Source of the DNA: Basidiobolus meristosporus CBS 931.73
Taxonomy: Eukaryota > Fungi > Basidiobolomycota
Direction of reading: 5' to 3'
Assembly: GCA_002104905.1 (NCBI GenBank)
Contig: MCFE01000356.1
Span: 1-64,000, forward strand
DNA length: 64,000 nt
This document shows positions 19,264 to 32,593 of this stretch, piece after piece (positions within the stretch are counted from its first letter, which is position 1; the number at the start of each line of letters is the position of its first letter). Made by a program: the position numbers and the translations under genes. Below the pieces are notes generated by a model. That model was not told the DNA's origin. It made no database searches and was given only the letters and a program-made list of their open reading frames with translations.

Positions 19264-22200
19264 TTACGTAAAATTTAAGTTGATCACTGGCTCCGTGAAA
19301 TTCGAAGGGAAAAGCCCCCTTTTGGTTGTGCCGTCTTTCGCTTGGATCTGGCCTTCCCACCATCCATCAAGATGCGTAGCCAAAACACGAATAACTTGGC
19401 CCTCATGGATAGTCAGCTCCTCATTACTCTCCGCATCATAATCATACAAAGCCCGAACCTCCATGTCAGGTTGCTTAGTGATTGCGGAATACCCTAGCGT
19501 ATCTTTGGGCGGACTAGGGCCATTCCCATCATCCCGTTTCTTGGCCGATGACTGTTGCATATGTGAATTATCGATGATTTGAGATTTAGGTCTCTCGGAA
19601 GGAGGTAATTGTCCAATATTGGGTTCAGTAGAGTTTACCCGACTTTGCTTGGAGTTTGCCTTCATGTAAGGCTTTTCGGACAATACTCCCATTTTTGACC
19701 TGGCAGATTCTTGAATAATGGATTCCTTGGACCGAGAAGCAAACACACTCCGAGACTCTTTAACTGGTGTGGAGCTAGTTCCACTATTCGGCTTGCTCTC
19801 CGGAACCCGGTCCCGATTCCGTTGTTCGGCTGAGTTGTTGCTCGTAATGAGTGGACGATCATCTCTGGAAACGCTGTCTTTCTGTAATTGCATGCTGCCA
19901 CTTATGGGTGCTTCCGAGTAAACATCACGCCGGGATCTAAGTGGCTCATCATCATCGGTAACGAAGGGGCGGGGCGGGGCAGCTTCATGCTTGATGTCTG
20001 GCTTCGAAGCCATTGCTGAAGGCTGAGTAGGATAGGCGTTAGCTGGGGGGCTTGCGCTGTATCCTGAGAAGCTGGGAGGCACCTCGCGAGTGTCGCCGCC
20101 AACGGGATGGCTTGGAGGAGGATGTGTTGCAGCAGTGGGCTGCTGGAAATGTGGAGAGTGCTTGGGATAGCCGTATGGTGGCTGTGTTTCAATCGAAGTG
20201 GGTCGGATAGCTGTTGGGTCCGGTGACTGCCCGTGTTGGTAGTATGCTGATGGAGGGATTTGTTGATTGGGTAATGCTTTAGATTGTTCGGCGAAATGCT
20301 CCGGCTGATTTGGTGGATACGCTAATGGAGGTTGACTCTCAAGCTTTGATGGACGCTCTCTAGGTTGAGGTCTTGGATGAGCTTTCGGTGACCGGGCTAC
20401 ATATGTATCTGACGGGTATCCATTCTGTGACTGAACAGGGGGTGTGATCGGCGTCTGTTGATTGTTCAATTGAGCTGGTGATTGCGATTGAAGTTCAGGT
20501 TGAGGCTGAGGCTGAGGTTGAGGTTGAGGTTGAGATGAGGGAGCTTGGTAAACTCCTAGACCATGTGTAGGCTCAGGAACATTAGGAGCCTTCGATTGTG
20601 GGATTTTGGTGGCTTCGGCAGGAGGCATCTGGCCTAGTTCAGAGCTTGGACGACCCTGGCCATTATCAATTTGAAGGGGAGCTGGATACCCGGCTCCACC
20701 ATAGCCAACCCATGGGGAGCGTTGACCTGGATAATACGGCATTTGGTGTGGGGATGCGCCAGGAGACGTTGGGCGACCTTGCAAATGCGGGTACTCGCCC
20801 ATTCTACCAGGATAAACCATGGGGGAGGGGACCGGAGTCGCGTAGTATCCCATTCGGGGGTCAACAGGATAATACCCATTCCTATGGCCATATGGTGCAG
20901 GATAATTTCTGTATGGATCCGGGCCATTCTGATAATACAAGCTTCTAGGGTTTCGTGGGTCATAAGGATATGGGTTGGATGGGTCCGCAACCTGTTGCTG
21001 CGGCTCAGGGCCTGGGGTAGAGGTATTTTGAGGTGTCGAAGTCATGTAGCGAACTGGGTCTGGATGACGGTTGGGAGGATTAGTGTCAACCTTGGGCTCG
21101 GGTCTAGGGTCAAAGCCGTTTCCACCATGTGTAGGGCCTCTTGGATAAACGCTCTCTGATAGAGACATTAATACATGTTGCACACCATTAGATCCCGAAC
21201 CTCACTCACCTGGAACCTCGTCACCAGTTCCATGTTCTTCAATGAACTGTATGATATCGGCCTGTGTGTTACACTTCTCCAACGCAACCCGAATATTCTC
21301 GCAGGACTATAAAATCAATGAATATAGCTGAATGAAGGTGCATGCTTAGTATTTCAAGTACCTCATCCTCGGTCACACAGTTGGTTGCGACCAAGTTGGA
21401 GAAATCCCAGCAGATCTTCTTGATGAACTCGATTCTGTCTTCCTCTAGCTGTTGAAATACCTGCAAGGAGCGGTGAGTCACACCATGTATGGATGCTGTT
21501 TCAGCTCAAACCCTACTAACATTACAGGATTCTCTCCAATCGTTGACCCACTTTGAATCTGCTTCTTCAGACTTCTTGACGATATCCCAGAATTGAGTGT
21601 CTGATTGTCGATAGGATGCCACCAGCGTGTGATAATCGGGATTGTGCTAATTTGCAAGATTCACTATAATAGTAGGTGGTGTAGAGTATGCGTGGTGAAA
21701 CGTACCTCGACGTGTGGATTCCTTTCCATCTCCATTAAACGCTGCTTCTCAGATTCCCAGCGCTCGCGAATCTTATTTACCTGAGCACGGAACATCGCTT
21801 TGTCACGAGCTGACCTCTCCATTTTTACGGTTTGCTACGATTTGAGACGAGAATTTGAGCCATCGCGCGACGGGGAAGATTAGGGGGAGCCCACTTACCA
21901 CTTTGCGTTTTTCTCGTTGAGACTGCATGAAATCATGGATCTCGGTGTCAAGTTCCTCTTTGATTTTGTGAGCGAGGGTAAGATGTGAGTTGGCTTGGAT
22001 TTCGAGCTCTGCACGGAACGCTTCCAGTGAGGATTTGAGGTTGCTGGAAAGAGTAGAGCATTAAAGTTATGCATTCGAGGTAAACGTGCAGCTCCTGCAT
22101 ACCCTGTTTCCTTCTGGCCAAATTGGGTCTTGGACAAGTCCAGTAGCTTGGTGCCGTATTCTTCTTCCAAAGCGGATCTGGGGGAAAGGATCAATATCCA

Positions 22201-22419
22201 CTGTGTATGGTAAGTGAGAAGCCAGGAACATACCTAGCAGCAAGCATTGTTTGAAAATCAACGAAGGATTGCTTGGAATTTCGCAACTTTGTCATCAGCA
22301 CCTCTACACCTTCTTCATTTTTCCCCTAGAGCAATGTTAGTGTGAGCATCTCTGAGGTAAGGGTATTGAGAATAGCGTACCCAAAAAGAATTGGCATATG
22401 TGGGAGTTGATATTGTCAT
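19264..22419 (-). CDS. F-BAR + SH3 cytokinesis protein (Cdc15/Hof1/Imp2-PSTPIP family), spliced
   Basis: N-terminal YANSFW...GVEVL..KL, RSALEEEYGTKLLDLSK, QQLEEDRIEF; long P/Q/Y-rich linker; C-terminal SH3 ALYDY...ELTI...WWEG...GLFPSNF. Confidence 0.88.
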
Positions 22420-22954
22420 AACTGAACTTTCAGCTGGCTGTGCGTAAGCGTACAACTCGATAAAAAGGAAGATATATAGAAGTCAAGCCAAGAGAAGAAG
22501 TGGAGTGCTTAGAACACAATAAACAAAGACTTGGTAATATTCTCGAGATTAGGCAAAAGATTAGCACGGCGATTAGCCCACAGTGTTTACACAGCTCCTC
22601 ATCGACTAAAACTTGTCAACAAACAATGAAACTATTGGCCACATCAATTGACTAAGCTAAATGATCAGTCCACAGCCCACATATATGAATGCATAGTGTG
22701 TGGCCATTACTAGTCAATCCCACTAGTCAATCCCCGCCCTGTCTCATCATCAAACTTTGTTCGTAGGCTTGAAACTCACCCGAGGCTTGATTGGCTGTAT
22801 GCGTTTGTGGGATGATGACCATAATTGTTTTTGTTTTGACCCAAGACAGCCATTAAAAAAAATCAGTCAAGTTCAACGCAATCGCGTTATTGCGAGAATT
22901 TATTGCCTTGTATCAGGCGCGTCTTTACTTCTCATATCAGCTACAGTTTTGCAA

Positions 22955-23518
22955 ATGGTTAAGCCTGCCAACGAACCTACTTTGTCAAAGGAGGGCCAAG
23001 AGTCTCAGGAATCCGACGGAGAGGGCGAGGAAGTCTACGTCGTCGAGAAGGTAGTCAAGCACCGTAAACGCGACGGCAAGGTCCAGTACTTTCTGAAGTG
23101 GAAGGGATACCCGAACAGTGAAAACACTTGGGAGGATGAAGATAATGTGTTTTGTACAGATCTTATTGAAGAGTACTGGAAAAATCGCGGTACCCCCTCC
23201 ACCAGCTCACCAAAGCCACGTCCTGGTCCAAAGTCTCAAGTTTCCAAGCGCAAGATCGAGAGCGATGAGGAGCCTGAAGAGATCCAGCCCTTAAAGAAAA
23301 CTGCCACTTTCCCCGGCGCCGATTCTGACAGCTGGGAAGAACTCATTCAGAACATCGAAACCGTGGAGCGCAACGACAAAGATGAGCTCATGGTGTATGT
23401 AATTTGGAAAGACGGTGCACGCACAGTTCACTTGAACACAGTAATGCACCAAAAGTGCCCACTCTTGATGCTCAATTTCTACGAAGCCCATTTGAAATTC
23501 AAGATCGCCCCCCAGTAA
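22955..23518 (+). CDS. swi6: HP1/Swi6-like chromodomain + chromoshadow protein
   Basis: EEVYVVEKVVKHR...QYFLKWKGYPNSENTWE (chromodomain) and WEELIQNIETVER...VYVIWKDG...QKCPLLMLNFYEAHL (chromoshadow). The likely ATG is 22955, not the TTG at 22757. Confidence 0.9.
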   Translation: MVKPANEPTLSKEGQESQESDGEGEEVYVVEKVVKHRKRDGKVQYFLKWKGYPNSENTWEDEDNVFCTDLIEEYWKNRGTPSTSSPKPRPGPKSQVSKRKIESDEEPEEIQPLKKTATFPGADSDSWEELIQNIETVERNDKDELMVYVIWKDGARTVHLNTVMHQKCPLLMLNFYEAHLKFKIAPQ

Positions 23519-23853
23519 ATAGTTACCTTCTATATTTAAGAAGTCGTCTTTTGGCTACCCTGTGTTTTTTAACTACCCTGACGTTGTTTTTCGAACCACA
23601 AAGGCACCCGCATACTGTTCTTTACTTGCATTCAAGATCCTGGCTATCGAATCATTAGAAGAACTCGCATGGTGTTACCAGCGACATTTCCCACTTGCTG
23701 ACAATTGCAACCGCTCGCTATAGAAGAAAATAAATGATATTTCTCCCTTCATAGTGTTGACATAACCAATTGCGTTGCTGTGACTGTGATGGTGACGAAT
23801 AGTTTATTTAATAAATGGAGACATTCCAATGTGATGGGTAAACTAAGGAATCC

Positions 23854-24347
23854 TTATAATTCATCCTTGGCGCTGTTGATGTCAAGTAGCTCGACTTCAA
23901 AGACAAGGGCGGCATCGGCGGGGATCTTGGGAGGAGCACCGCGGGAGCCGTAGCCAAGGTCAGAAGGAATGATCAACTTGCGCTTCTCACCGATGCACAT
24001 GTTTTTCAAACCTTGGTCCCAACCCTTGATAACATGGCCTGCACCCAAAGTGAATACAAAGGGTTCTCCACGAGGGATGCTAGAGTCGAATTCGGTACCG
24101 TCAGCAAAGAGCTTTCCGGTGTAGTGCATGGAAAGAGAGTCACCGTCCTTTGAGCGTCTATCACAATCGGCAACACGCTTCTTGATACCTAACCTGAAAT
24201 TAGACACAAGCAACTATTTGGGCTTGAAGATGAACCGAACTTACCAATCTGCAAGTGCTTTGGAGCTTCTTTCAAAGCATCTGCCCCGATGAAGAGTAGG
24301 CAGGCGACTGCAAGGAAGTAAAGAACGAAGCTAAGAGTACGGTTCAT
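23854..24347 (-). CDS. FPR2: ER FKBP-type peptidyl-prolyl isomerase, one intron
   Basis: Signal peptide; [46 protein letters not shown]; C-terminal KDEL. Confidence 0.92.
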
Positions 24348-24574
24348 GCTATAGAAATATAAAGAGCAGAGGACTTGTTGGTCACTAACTGGATTCTATA
24401 TCAATATGCTGAGGGATTAATATACAGTGCATCACCCTACACGACAACGAAAAATCAGCCAATAGCTGATTGCTAGGTGGTATTTGCAGTAAATTTCAAA
24501 GATTGCCAACTCTACTATTCGTCAGTATATTTTCCAGCACCAAAGATTGCAACAAATTAGAGGAGAGCATGTGT

Positions 24575-24681
24575 GAGTTTAATCACAATATGGTAGTGAG
24601 CATAGTCGAATTACTCAGTTCAATCACAACATGGTAGTGAGTGTAGTTGAATTGTTGAGTTTAATCATGATATGGTTGTTG
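24575..24681. repeat. 41-bp tandem repeat, about 2.6 copies
   Basis: Units begin at 24575, 24616 and 24657 (GAGTTTAATCACAATATGGTAGTGAG...). Confidence 0.85.
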
Positions 24682-24699
24682 CATAATGAATGTGTTGGT

Positions 24700-25937
24700 T
24701 TACATTTTCTTGATGGATTTCCTTTGCTTGTTTTCCTTGTCAAGCTCTTTGGCGAGACCTAACAGCGCCTCAATCTCTGCCGGTGTGGCCAGACCGTTTG
24801 CAGACCAGCGTACTTTGTGATTCGCATCGACAAGGAATGCCCATCCGAGAACTGCGTTGGTCACACTTAAGCGACGGCGAATCATCTCGATATTTTTATA
24901 ATACATCACATAAGTCTCCTATATGCAGGCAGAGTTAGAGAGGATGGTATAGGAGACATACAAATTTCTACATACGTGGCGATCTTTAGGAATCAGTCGG
25001 CGCAGGTTGGGCTGGCTCACACGTAGGATAAGCCCCTTCAAAGGATTTTCCTGAATATTCATCTACGCAAGAGTTAGTGCCATTTTGCATTTGTCTGCTC
25101 CTTCCATGATACGGTACCTCCAAGAGTCCCATGTTGGGGTTTTTGGCTCCGAATTCTTTTAGCCAGGGCTCGACGTAACTGCTAACATGAGCCTTCGAAG
25201 TGTGTAAGTTTGTTAATGCTTTGGATGGCATTGCTAAGTCGACTTTACCTCCCCAAATCTGGTAAAGCAGAAGGTCACCAAACTGGTCTTCCCGCCAATC
25301 ATTGTCATGGTTTCCACTTTCTTCTTTGCAAGACTTTTCCCGCGGAAATTAGGCATATACATGGCTTTCTGTTATGATGCGAGAACCAATATGTATCAGG
25401 CGCGGAGTGCGTACCCGGGAAAAATCCTTGAACTGTACCTCAGCCTTTATCAACTTGTTTGGTGCTTCGAATTTTTTTGTGCCAGTCTTCAAATCTAACA
25501 AACGAAGGTTAGAAACTTGTGGCGCCATATCCCTGTTTTGTACTGGCGGACTTACCAATGAAATCTTTCCAGTAGGATTCAGTAATTTTCTCCGCCCTAA
25601 GCCAGCCCAACAATAAAGAATGGCGTTAGCTATGGAAGGTTTGGAGAGAAATGAGGCATTTCACTTACAGTAAGCGTCTTCTCTGTAAATGTTTGTCGTA
25701 ATCGAGGTACTCGTCGCAATTGTCCTTAACTCGCTCGAACCAGGTGCGGGTATCGATCTTGGGCGGCTCGTTCACAATTTGGACCTCAGTACCGGGCAAT
25801 TCCCTCTTTTTCTTTTCCTTTTTTTGAGGAGGTTGCTCGGCCGGGGCTGTACTAGCATATCGAACCGGTAAGATTCTCAATCCATTCCCCAGCACGCTCA
25901 GTGACCTGAACCGCAGCACTTGCGTCAAGGAGTTCAT
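24700..25937 (-). CDS. ATP10: Mitochondrial ATPase assembly factor ATP10, spliced
   Basis: Mitochondrial presequence-like N-terminus; APNKLI..QF..FPD, AKAHVSSYVEP and C-terminal FLVDANHKVRWSANGLAT, typical of ATP10. Confidence 0.8.
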
Positions 25938-26359
25938 GCTTATACTGTAACGCCAAGTATTTAGTATCCAGCAACCTTTGTAGGCTCAAAATCAAATTCT
26001 TCAAATAATTCATTTCTGGTGCAGATATGGTGATTGTGTATTCTAGGATAATTGTGATCCGAAATGGACAATATGAAGTCGGAGAATTCTCAGAATTGAA
26101 CAGTCACTTCCTCGACATCACACAATCACATCGTTGCAACATTTATCCGATCGCAATATGTTGACTTTTTCCAGAACTAATTAATTCACTGATCCCGAGA
26201 TATTTCATCACTGAAAGCTGATGAGCTGAACAGTGCTCCAATTGGCCATATTTCAATAGTCGTTCTCGTTATCGGCTGGAAATAAACCGTTACTCTTCCT
26301 TGATATACGCCTTGATACGTTCCATACTCCACTTCATCGTCTTCGTTTCTGCTTAAACA

Positions 26360-28428
26360 ATGGAAAAGGCCATCTTGAAGGCGACGAATCGCAAGTGTGT
26401 TGAACCAAAAGCAAAACATGTTCAAAGTAAGCGTAGGCCCTATAGAATTTGTGCCACCTGCCTTTGCTAAAGCAAACTTTTAGCCCTTATCGCTGCCTCT
26501 TGGTCGGAAATCGATGCCCGGGAGATCTTCGGGCCTCTTTCTTCGCGTCTCCACGATTCTTCTTGGGTGGTTAGTGATTTGTATCCTTCTGATGGATTCT
26601 CTTTGGTGGATCTTGACCCAATTCACCTACATGTAGACCGTATTCAAAGCACTCATCGTAGCCCATCGTCTTTTGAGAGATGGCTGTTCGGAGCGTTTAT
26701 ATAACCAACTTTCCGTACAACCCGGTCTTTTCAATGTATCGGGATTTCGGGATAAATCCGGCACAAATGGTAAGATTCCCTAGGTTGCTGGTGAGACGAT
26801 TCTCTAACTCAAAAACCTGAACTTTCCCACTGCGAATTTTATCAGAGCAAACGAAAAACATTAGAAGTTATGCTGCATATATCGAGGAGAAAGTGCTTAT
26901 CTATCGAGAGACAAAGAAAGACTTCACCCAAAGTAAAAATGGAGAAAACAGTAGTCTACGCAAACTCACTATCAGCCAGGGGCTATTAAAGGAAACTAGG
27001 TTGTTGCAACGACAAATCTCAACTCTGCTAAATTGTAACGTGAGTGGATTACTTCGCGTATGGTCACACCGTTTTGTACCCGGCTAAATACCACTCGTCT
27101 ATAGTTTTACTTGGACGAAGTCAATAATGAAGTGACCTTGTCTGCGTACTGTTTGTTGATCAAGGATCTGCTCAAGTTATTCCAATGTATGAACGAGGCC
27201 GTTATCAACATACTCGGTAAATAATGCAATATGCCCGCCATCCCCACTGGTATTCTAATTATCCCATGTTAGAGCATTATTTCGAGATGGAGAAAATCGA
27301 TGCGCGAAACTCACTTGAAGTCTACCGCACCTTCACTCAATTAACAGAAAGGGTCTTGGATTATCTAAACACAGCACGTCGGATTCAAGGGGCTCTGGAC
27401 GTAAATATCCCTACCTTGAAGCATGTACTATCGTTTTCATCGTACCATCCATATCAGATCGAAATGACTGAGATTTTAATGTTCAGGCACCAGTCAGTTT
27501 AGCGCTCACACTAGAAGAATACCTGAACAACCCGGATTTTGAAAATAACCGCAGACAGTATCTCGAGACCAAAAAGATCCCTCAGCAAAATCTGGATACC
27601 TCGAGAAGCGTAGAGACCACTGCTTCAGGTTAGTGACTTTGTACAGACCAAGCGTCGCCCGAGCTTTTTCTAATTGAAACATGGTCATCAGTCACCCGTT
27701 CTGACACCATATCCCCTACCACTCGGCTACAGCCTCAATCCCAGCCCCAATTCCAGGCACAGCCTCCTTTGAACCAGACAGCGACTGCTCCAGTGGCCAA
27801 GGCAGGGCCAGAAAAGGAGTTGATAGACTTCTTTGCCAGCATCGAAGAAGATCCATCTGCGTTCAACAACACTATCAACATGAGCCAACCGTTTGGGACG
27901 ATTAATCAGCCACCTTCATTTGGAACGCAACAGATCCCATTCAACCAGCAGCCTTCACAATTCCAAGTCACTCCCCAGTATTCGAACACATACCAAGCCA
28001 CTCCCCAGTACTCGAACACATTCCAAGCAAACCAATTCCAGCAGGCACCTGTGACCCAAATCCCGCCCTCTAGCCCGAGCAACCCATTCCAAAAGCAATT
28101 CACCTCTCAAACTGTCCGGAGCCCGACCAACCCATTCTCCTCGCAGACGGTCTTGGCACAAAACACCAATCTGCAAAGATCGGCCACCAATCCGTTTGCC
28201 AGAATGGCAGCCCAGCCCAATCCAAATGCACTTGCCTGGAATCTATTCAACCAAGGGTCATCTCAGCATCCTAGCCAGGGTCTGAATCTTAATCAAAACC
28301 CAAACATGAACCCAAATCCGAATCCGAACCCAAATCCAAATCAGTTCCACCCTTCAATGAACAACGGCTTCCAGCCCCAACCGCCCAATGAGATGCAACT
28401 CTATCGGAATGCCTTTGGCAACGCGTAA
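26360..28428 (+). CDS. ANTH-domain clathrin adaptor (AP180/Yap1801-2 family), spliced
   Basis: MEKAILKATN...PKAKHV, VFKALIVAHRLLRDG, LEHYFEM, PTLKHAPVSL..LEEYL, LIDFF clathrin-box-like motif, multiple NPF motifs. Confidence 0.88.
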
Positions 28429-28774
28429 CCTCCCCTCACTTCCACTTCTTCGGCTTCCCATGTCATGGAGCTTTAAATAAACTGTATAATTCGTGATTGG
28501 CGCCCATCCACTCTAACTATAAATACGACGCCAACCTCATGCCACATTTAGCAGTCAGTTCATTGGCTGGAGTGGATGGAAATTCCTATGGAAACTTCTC
28601 TGGAGATTTATTAAAGCAAAAAAATCGAACAAAACTTCCAAGTAAAGCCAGCCACGTCGGGCAGGAATACATTGATGAAGCATAATGCAAAATTTACATT
28701 CAAAGCAAACAGATACAATGCCAGATTATTGGGTCTATGTACAGATTCTCCACCATAAGCTTGCTTTCAAACAG

Positions 28775-30103
28775 CTACTTTCGCGTCTCGGAGGTTTTCT
28801 TGCTCTTCTTACTGCGCTTTCTTCCGCTGGGTAATGACTGGGTCGAGTATTTGATACTAGGCACTTTGGGCGGCGGCTTGAAATAGTACTGCTTGTCCTT
28901 CAGTGTACATGATCTGGTTCCCTTCACCAATGGCTTATATGTATCTCTTCGCTCGGGGTCGGGGTCGCTATTGACAGCGTAGTGCCATAGGTCTGCGAGT
29001 GGTTTACCACCAGCATCTTTTCCTTTACGAACAACGTGTCCAAAGAAAGGATATCGATGCAAGCAGCGAGCAACATCTAGCTCGGTAAGTCGTCGCTTCT
29101 CATAGAATGCCGAGTAATCTGTTGCAATAGAGCTGAATATCTCCGAGGCACTTAACATATGCTTGCCTGTGAAAACAATCGCTGCTACGATATTGTCGAT
29201 AAGCTCTTTCTGACTTGGGTCGATCTTTGGCTTGGGGGATTTCTCTGTCCTCGGCCGCTTTCTATCTCGAGTACACTCCTCAGAAGCACTGCTAAGGTCA
29301 GAGTCGGAGTTATCACTAGATTCCAGATCTGATAAGTCCATGTCTGATGAACAGTACGAGAGCTCCGAATCCGACGAACCATCAATTGGGTCATCGCTTC
29401 GGAGAGAACTGTTGCAAATACTGCTAGCTGGGCTGATGTTGCGGAACGCCTTAGACCTAGGGTTGTTCAATTCTGACTGAGACTTTTCGGGTCGCTTGCT
29501 CCCGTTCGTGGAGTTTTCCTTAATGATCTGAGGTGTCCGCAGTGAATCCTTGTCAGTCGAACAGCCTTTAGCATCGGCACTTTGCTCAGCTTCAGCTGTG
29601 GGTGCGGGGCTTCCAAAAGGCGGTGATGGTAGATAATCCAAGTGTGGAATCTGAAACCGATACCTTATCCCAGCAACATCGATGATGTTCCCGTTCATCA
29701 GCTTTTTGGAGCATTTAGCTTTAAACAAGGCTCCGTCAATGTACAACCCATTTGCTCCAATAACGTTAATTGTAAAGGCTCCACTCGTCTCTTCCCAACT
29801 AATAACAGCGTGCCTGCGGGAAACTTTCCTATTAGACCCTCCAAGATTGATTGTTGCTGAGCGCCCACGGCCTAATGTTATACTGGAGGTATAAGAGCCA
29901 AAAATCACTTCGATTGAATCTTTCTCAGTATCCTCGCAGCAGGGAAAATCACTTGGTTTCGTGTCATTCTTGGAAGATGCAATATCGGGTTGTGGAGTCT
30001 CCAATATAGATACTTTCGTCAGTTCGGCTGTCTCAGTCTTAACTGTGATTTCGGCAGGAGCGGAATCCTCCAGTTGCGATTTAACTGCTTCTAATACAAA
30101 GCT
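28775..30103 (-). CDS. FHA-domain transcription regulator (Tos4/Plm2-like); 5' start not resolved
   Basis: ITLGRG...VSRRHA...GANGLYIDG (FHA) and C-terminal RKGKDAGGKPL...DPDPERR...RSCTLKDKQYYFKPP. Confidence 0.75.
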   Translation of the reverse strand, partial: SFVLEAVKSQLEDSAPAEITVKTETAELTKVSILETPQPDIASSKNDTKPSDFPCCEDTEKDSIEVIFGSYTSSITLGRGRSATINLGGSNRKVSRRHAVISWEETSGAFTINVIGANGLYIDGALFKAKCSKKLMNGNIIDVAGIRYRFQIPHLDYLPSPPFGSPAPTAEAEQSADAKGCSTDKDSLRTPQIIKENSTNGSKRPEKSQSELNNPRSKAFRNISPASSICNSSLRSDDPIDGSSDSELSYCSSDMDLSDLESSDNSDSDLSSASEECTRDRKRPRTEKSPKPKIDPSQKELIDNIVAAIVFTGKHMLSASEIFSSIATDYSAFYEKRRLTELDVARCLHRYPFFGHVVRKGKDAGGKPLADLWHYAVNSDPDPERRDTYKPLVKGTRSCTLKDKQYYFKPPPKVPSIKYSTQSLPSGRKRSKKSKKTSETRK

Positions 30104-31091
30104 GGAGTGAGTAAAACTTCCTCGAGAAACATGATAAGCGTTATCGGTCTACCTTCATTATTGAAGAAATCAATAAAGCTTTCTCGAGTATCTTCCGAGT
30201 TAGCATCCTAAATATCGATGATAGGCGGTTTGAGCATTGTACTTCCTCGTATGATACGTGTTAATGAAGCAACCTACCAATAAAAGATCAGCAATCTTCA
30301 TGAAGTTCAAACTATAAACTTAACGCGAACTGTTGTGCGGGTATTAAGGTAGCAGTTGGTACCAATGTAGAGTAATACAGCTCAGATAAGTTACAAAAGA
30401 AGATAAAAATGAGTACGGTTTGCCAGGAGTTCTCAACTAAAACAGGTTAAAGTGGGAATTGAGGGAAATCGTGTAAAATGTTTAAGAGAAGGAAGAAAAA
30501 GTAGTCATTCAGAAGCCCGGAACACCTTTTTAGTTGGATACTCGCTTGTCATTCGATTGGCCCACAGTCTCCATGATTTCTTAACCTACTGATCCAGATT
30601 TTCAATGGGAATCCGAGTGGAGTCACGTGAATTCTGGGATCAGACAAGGTTGCACCAATGATTCCAGGAGGAAGAAAAAAAGGGAAATTTAATATCGGAG
30701 TTATAGTTGATTTACAGATTGATATTGGAATTATAGTTAATTCACGCTGATGTTACGTCAACTTGTCTCCACCAACGATTTAGTCGATATTTTTCGCGAG
30801 GCAACGCAATCACCATTGGCCATAAGTGGAGTCGATCATCTCTAAATTGGTGAGTGTCTCTCACGAACTTGATCTTGATTACTGGCTTAGAGTATTGGTT
30901 CGGAAGATCGATTCTCATCTTGAGAGTGTCGTGCTGGATGTAGCTACCCAAAAATTATAGCCAATCAGTTAGCAGTGGAGAGGAGTGAGGTAAATAGGAA
31001 ACTGGATAATGCAATGTTGTTTTGACAAAGATTGGTAGTGCTACCGGGCACAACCGGTTTCTATGCTTTTGAAAGACCGACCCATATAAAT

Positions 31092-32308
31092 ATGCCATTG
31101 GAAACGAACGAAAAATTGGTGGTTTCTTCACGCTGGTTACAACCTAATCAGCCTGAACCCGTATCTTTCTCTTCCTTTGACTCTTTATTGCGAAAGCCTT
31201 GTCGACTTGAGTTTCCGTTTTTACCAAGAGCAGTACACATTTGGTCCAAAAAAACTGGGAATGAGCGATGGAGTTTTCAGTAACCACCCCTCGAGTGAAG
31301 CCTGTCTGCATAGTTCTGATCCATCTTCCTCTGACAATGAACTACATGTTCATGTAGGTGTTGATGAAGGGGTAAGCCTGTTGGAAAATGACAAGATGAT
31401 TAGAATCCTATGCAGGAACATGGATGATCTTGAGAATAACGAGTCAATAGATTTCTACATATTCGGTAGTCCACTTGAAACCGTTCAAACGTTACGAGAC
31501 CGAATAGAAAGTATCTTGCAAGAGAGAGTGTACTCACTCCAGAATATCTTCAACGAGCCGTTACTTTTGGAGGCAAACTTGGTTACTGCAGGATTTTCAC
31601 CAGAAGATGTATTATTTTATCGTTTGACTGACTCCTCCCAGTATTCAGAGCAAGGTATGTCAGACACCATTGAACCCAAACCCAATCTATGGCTGATTGG
31701 TGGCAATTAGGACGAGACCTACGAATCAATATCCGTGACCATGCTTTATGTACGATGACTTTCTATGGCAGTCAAACTCTATATGATGTCTACAAAGCAA
31801 TTCAGGAGAAATACCCCAACTCGTTGAAGACACTGGACATATGTGATGTGATATTGAGGGCTGACGAACGAGTTTTATCTGGTGAAGAGCTTTTCAGCTC
31901 GCTCGAGGGGAACTCAACGCTCTATATCGAGGTCAAGAGGTACGCAGGGATGATGAATTATTTTAGTCGAACACGCCTAGTAAGTCGCGATTGATTGGAA
32001 TCACATTGATGTCGCAAGTGAAACTAATTGGTTTTGAGTAGTTGGATGATCCTCTAAGATATGTGTTCTACTCTATTGTGACTGCAGTCACCCTTGGCCT
32101 CTTCTTGGCACCGCAATCACAGTCTTCGTCACTTAAACCTTGGCAATGGAGTTGCACGAGTCGCGTCTGGCTGTACCTGACATTCGTTTTCACACTGGCA
32201 CAGGCTTGTGTTACCATTAAAGTGACTTCAAACCCTATGGTGCTAATTTCCTTAATCGTGGTAGGGAATGTGCTACAGGCGGCCCTCAGGGTCAAAGAGC
32301 TACAATAA
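31092..32308 (+). CDS. Uncharacterised spliced protein with two ubiquitin-like (beta-grasp) segments and a hydrophobic C-terminus
   Basis: ORFs 31177-31710, 31689-31994 and 32042-32308 join through GT-AG introns. SPLETVQTLRDRI...L..AGFSPEDVLFYRL and TFYGSQTLYDVY..I resemble UBL/UBX patterns; 2-3 hydrophobic helices follow. Confidence 0.5.
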
Positions 32309-32593
32309 CGGTCTCTACAGCCAAATGGCCGGCGTAAATAATGTGAATAGTTCGTTGAACGATTTGTTAATACCATTGAATACCCATGAGTTCTTGTAAC
32401 CCGGAAATGGCAAAAAAAATCAATGTACTTTATTTTACGTTTCTATATCGGTGAGTCCTTTTCTCTTCACTTCTGAGCTAACATAAGCAAATCAATAAAT
32501 CATTCAACTAGTGGCAACAGGTAAGGGGAAGATTGAGTTGTTCTAGCAATGAAAGAAATGTACAATGGAACCAATAAGTGTAGGAACAAACTT

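Noticed and set aside
20487-20535. (QP)n repeat here, and the (NP)n and 30-bp duplications in the ANTH gene
   Set aside because: Ordinary coding low-complexity expansions in disordered linkers.
19662-21159. Several 70-160 aa overlapping or antisense ORFs here and over SEC31, CTK1, DIS3L2 and POL2
   Set aside because: These are shadow ORFs of long, well-supported CDSs, with no independent motifs.
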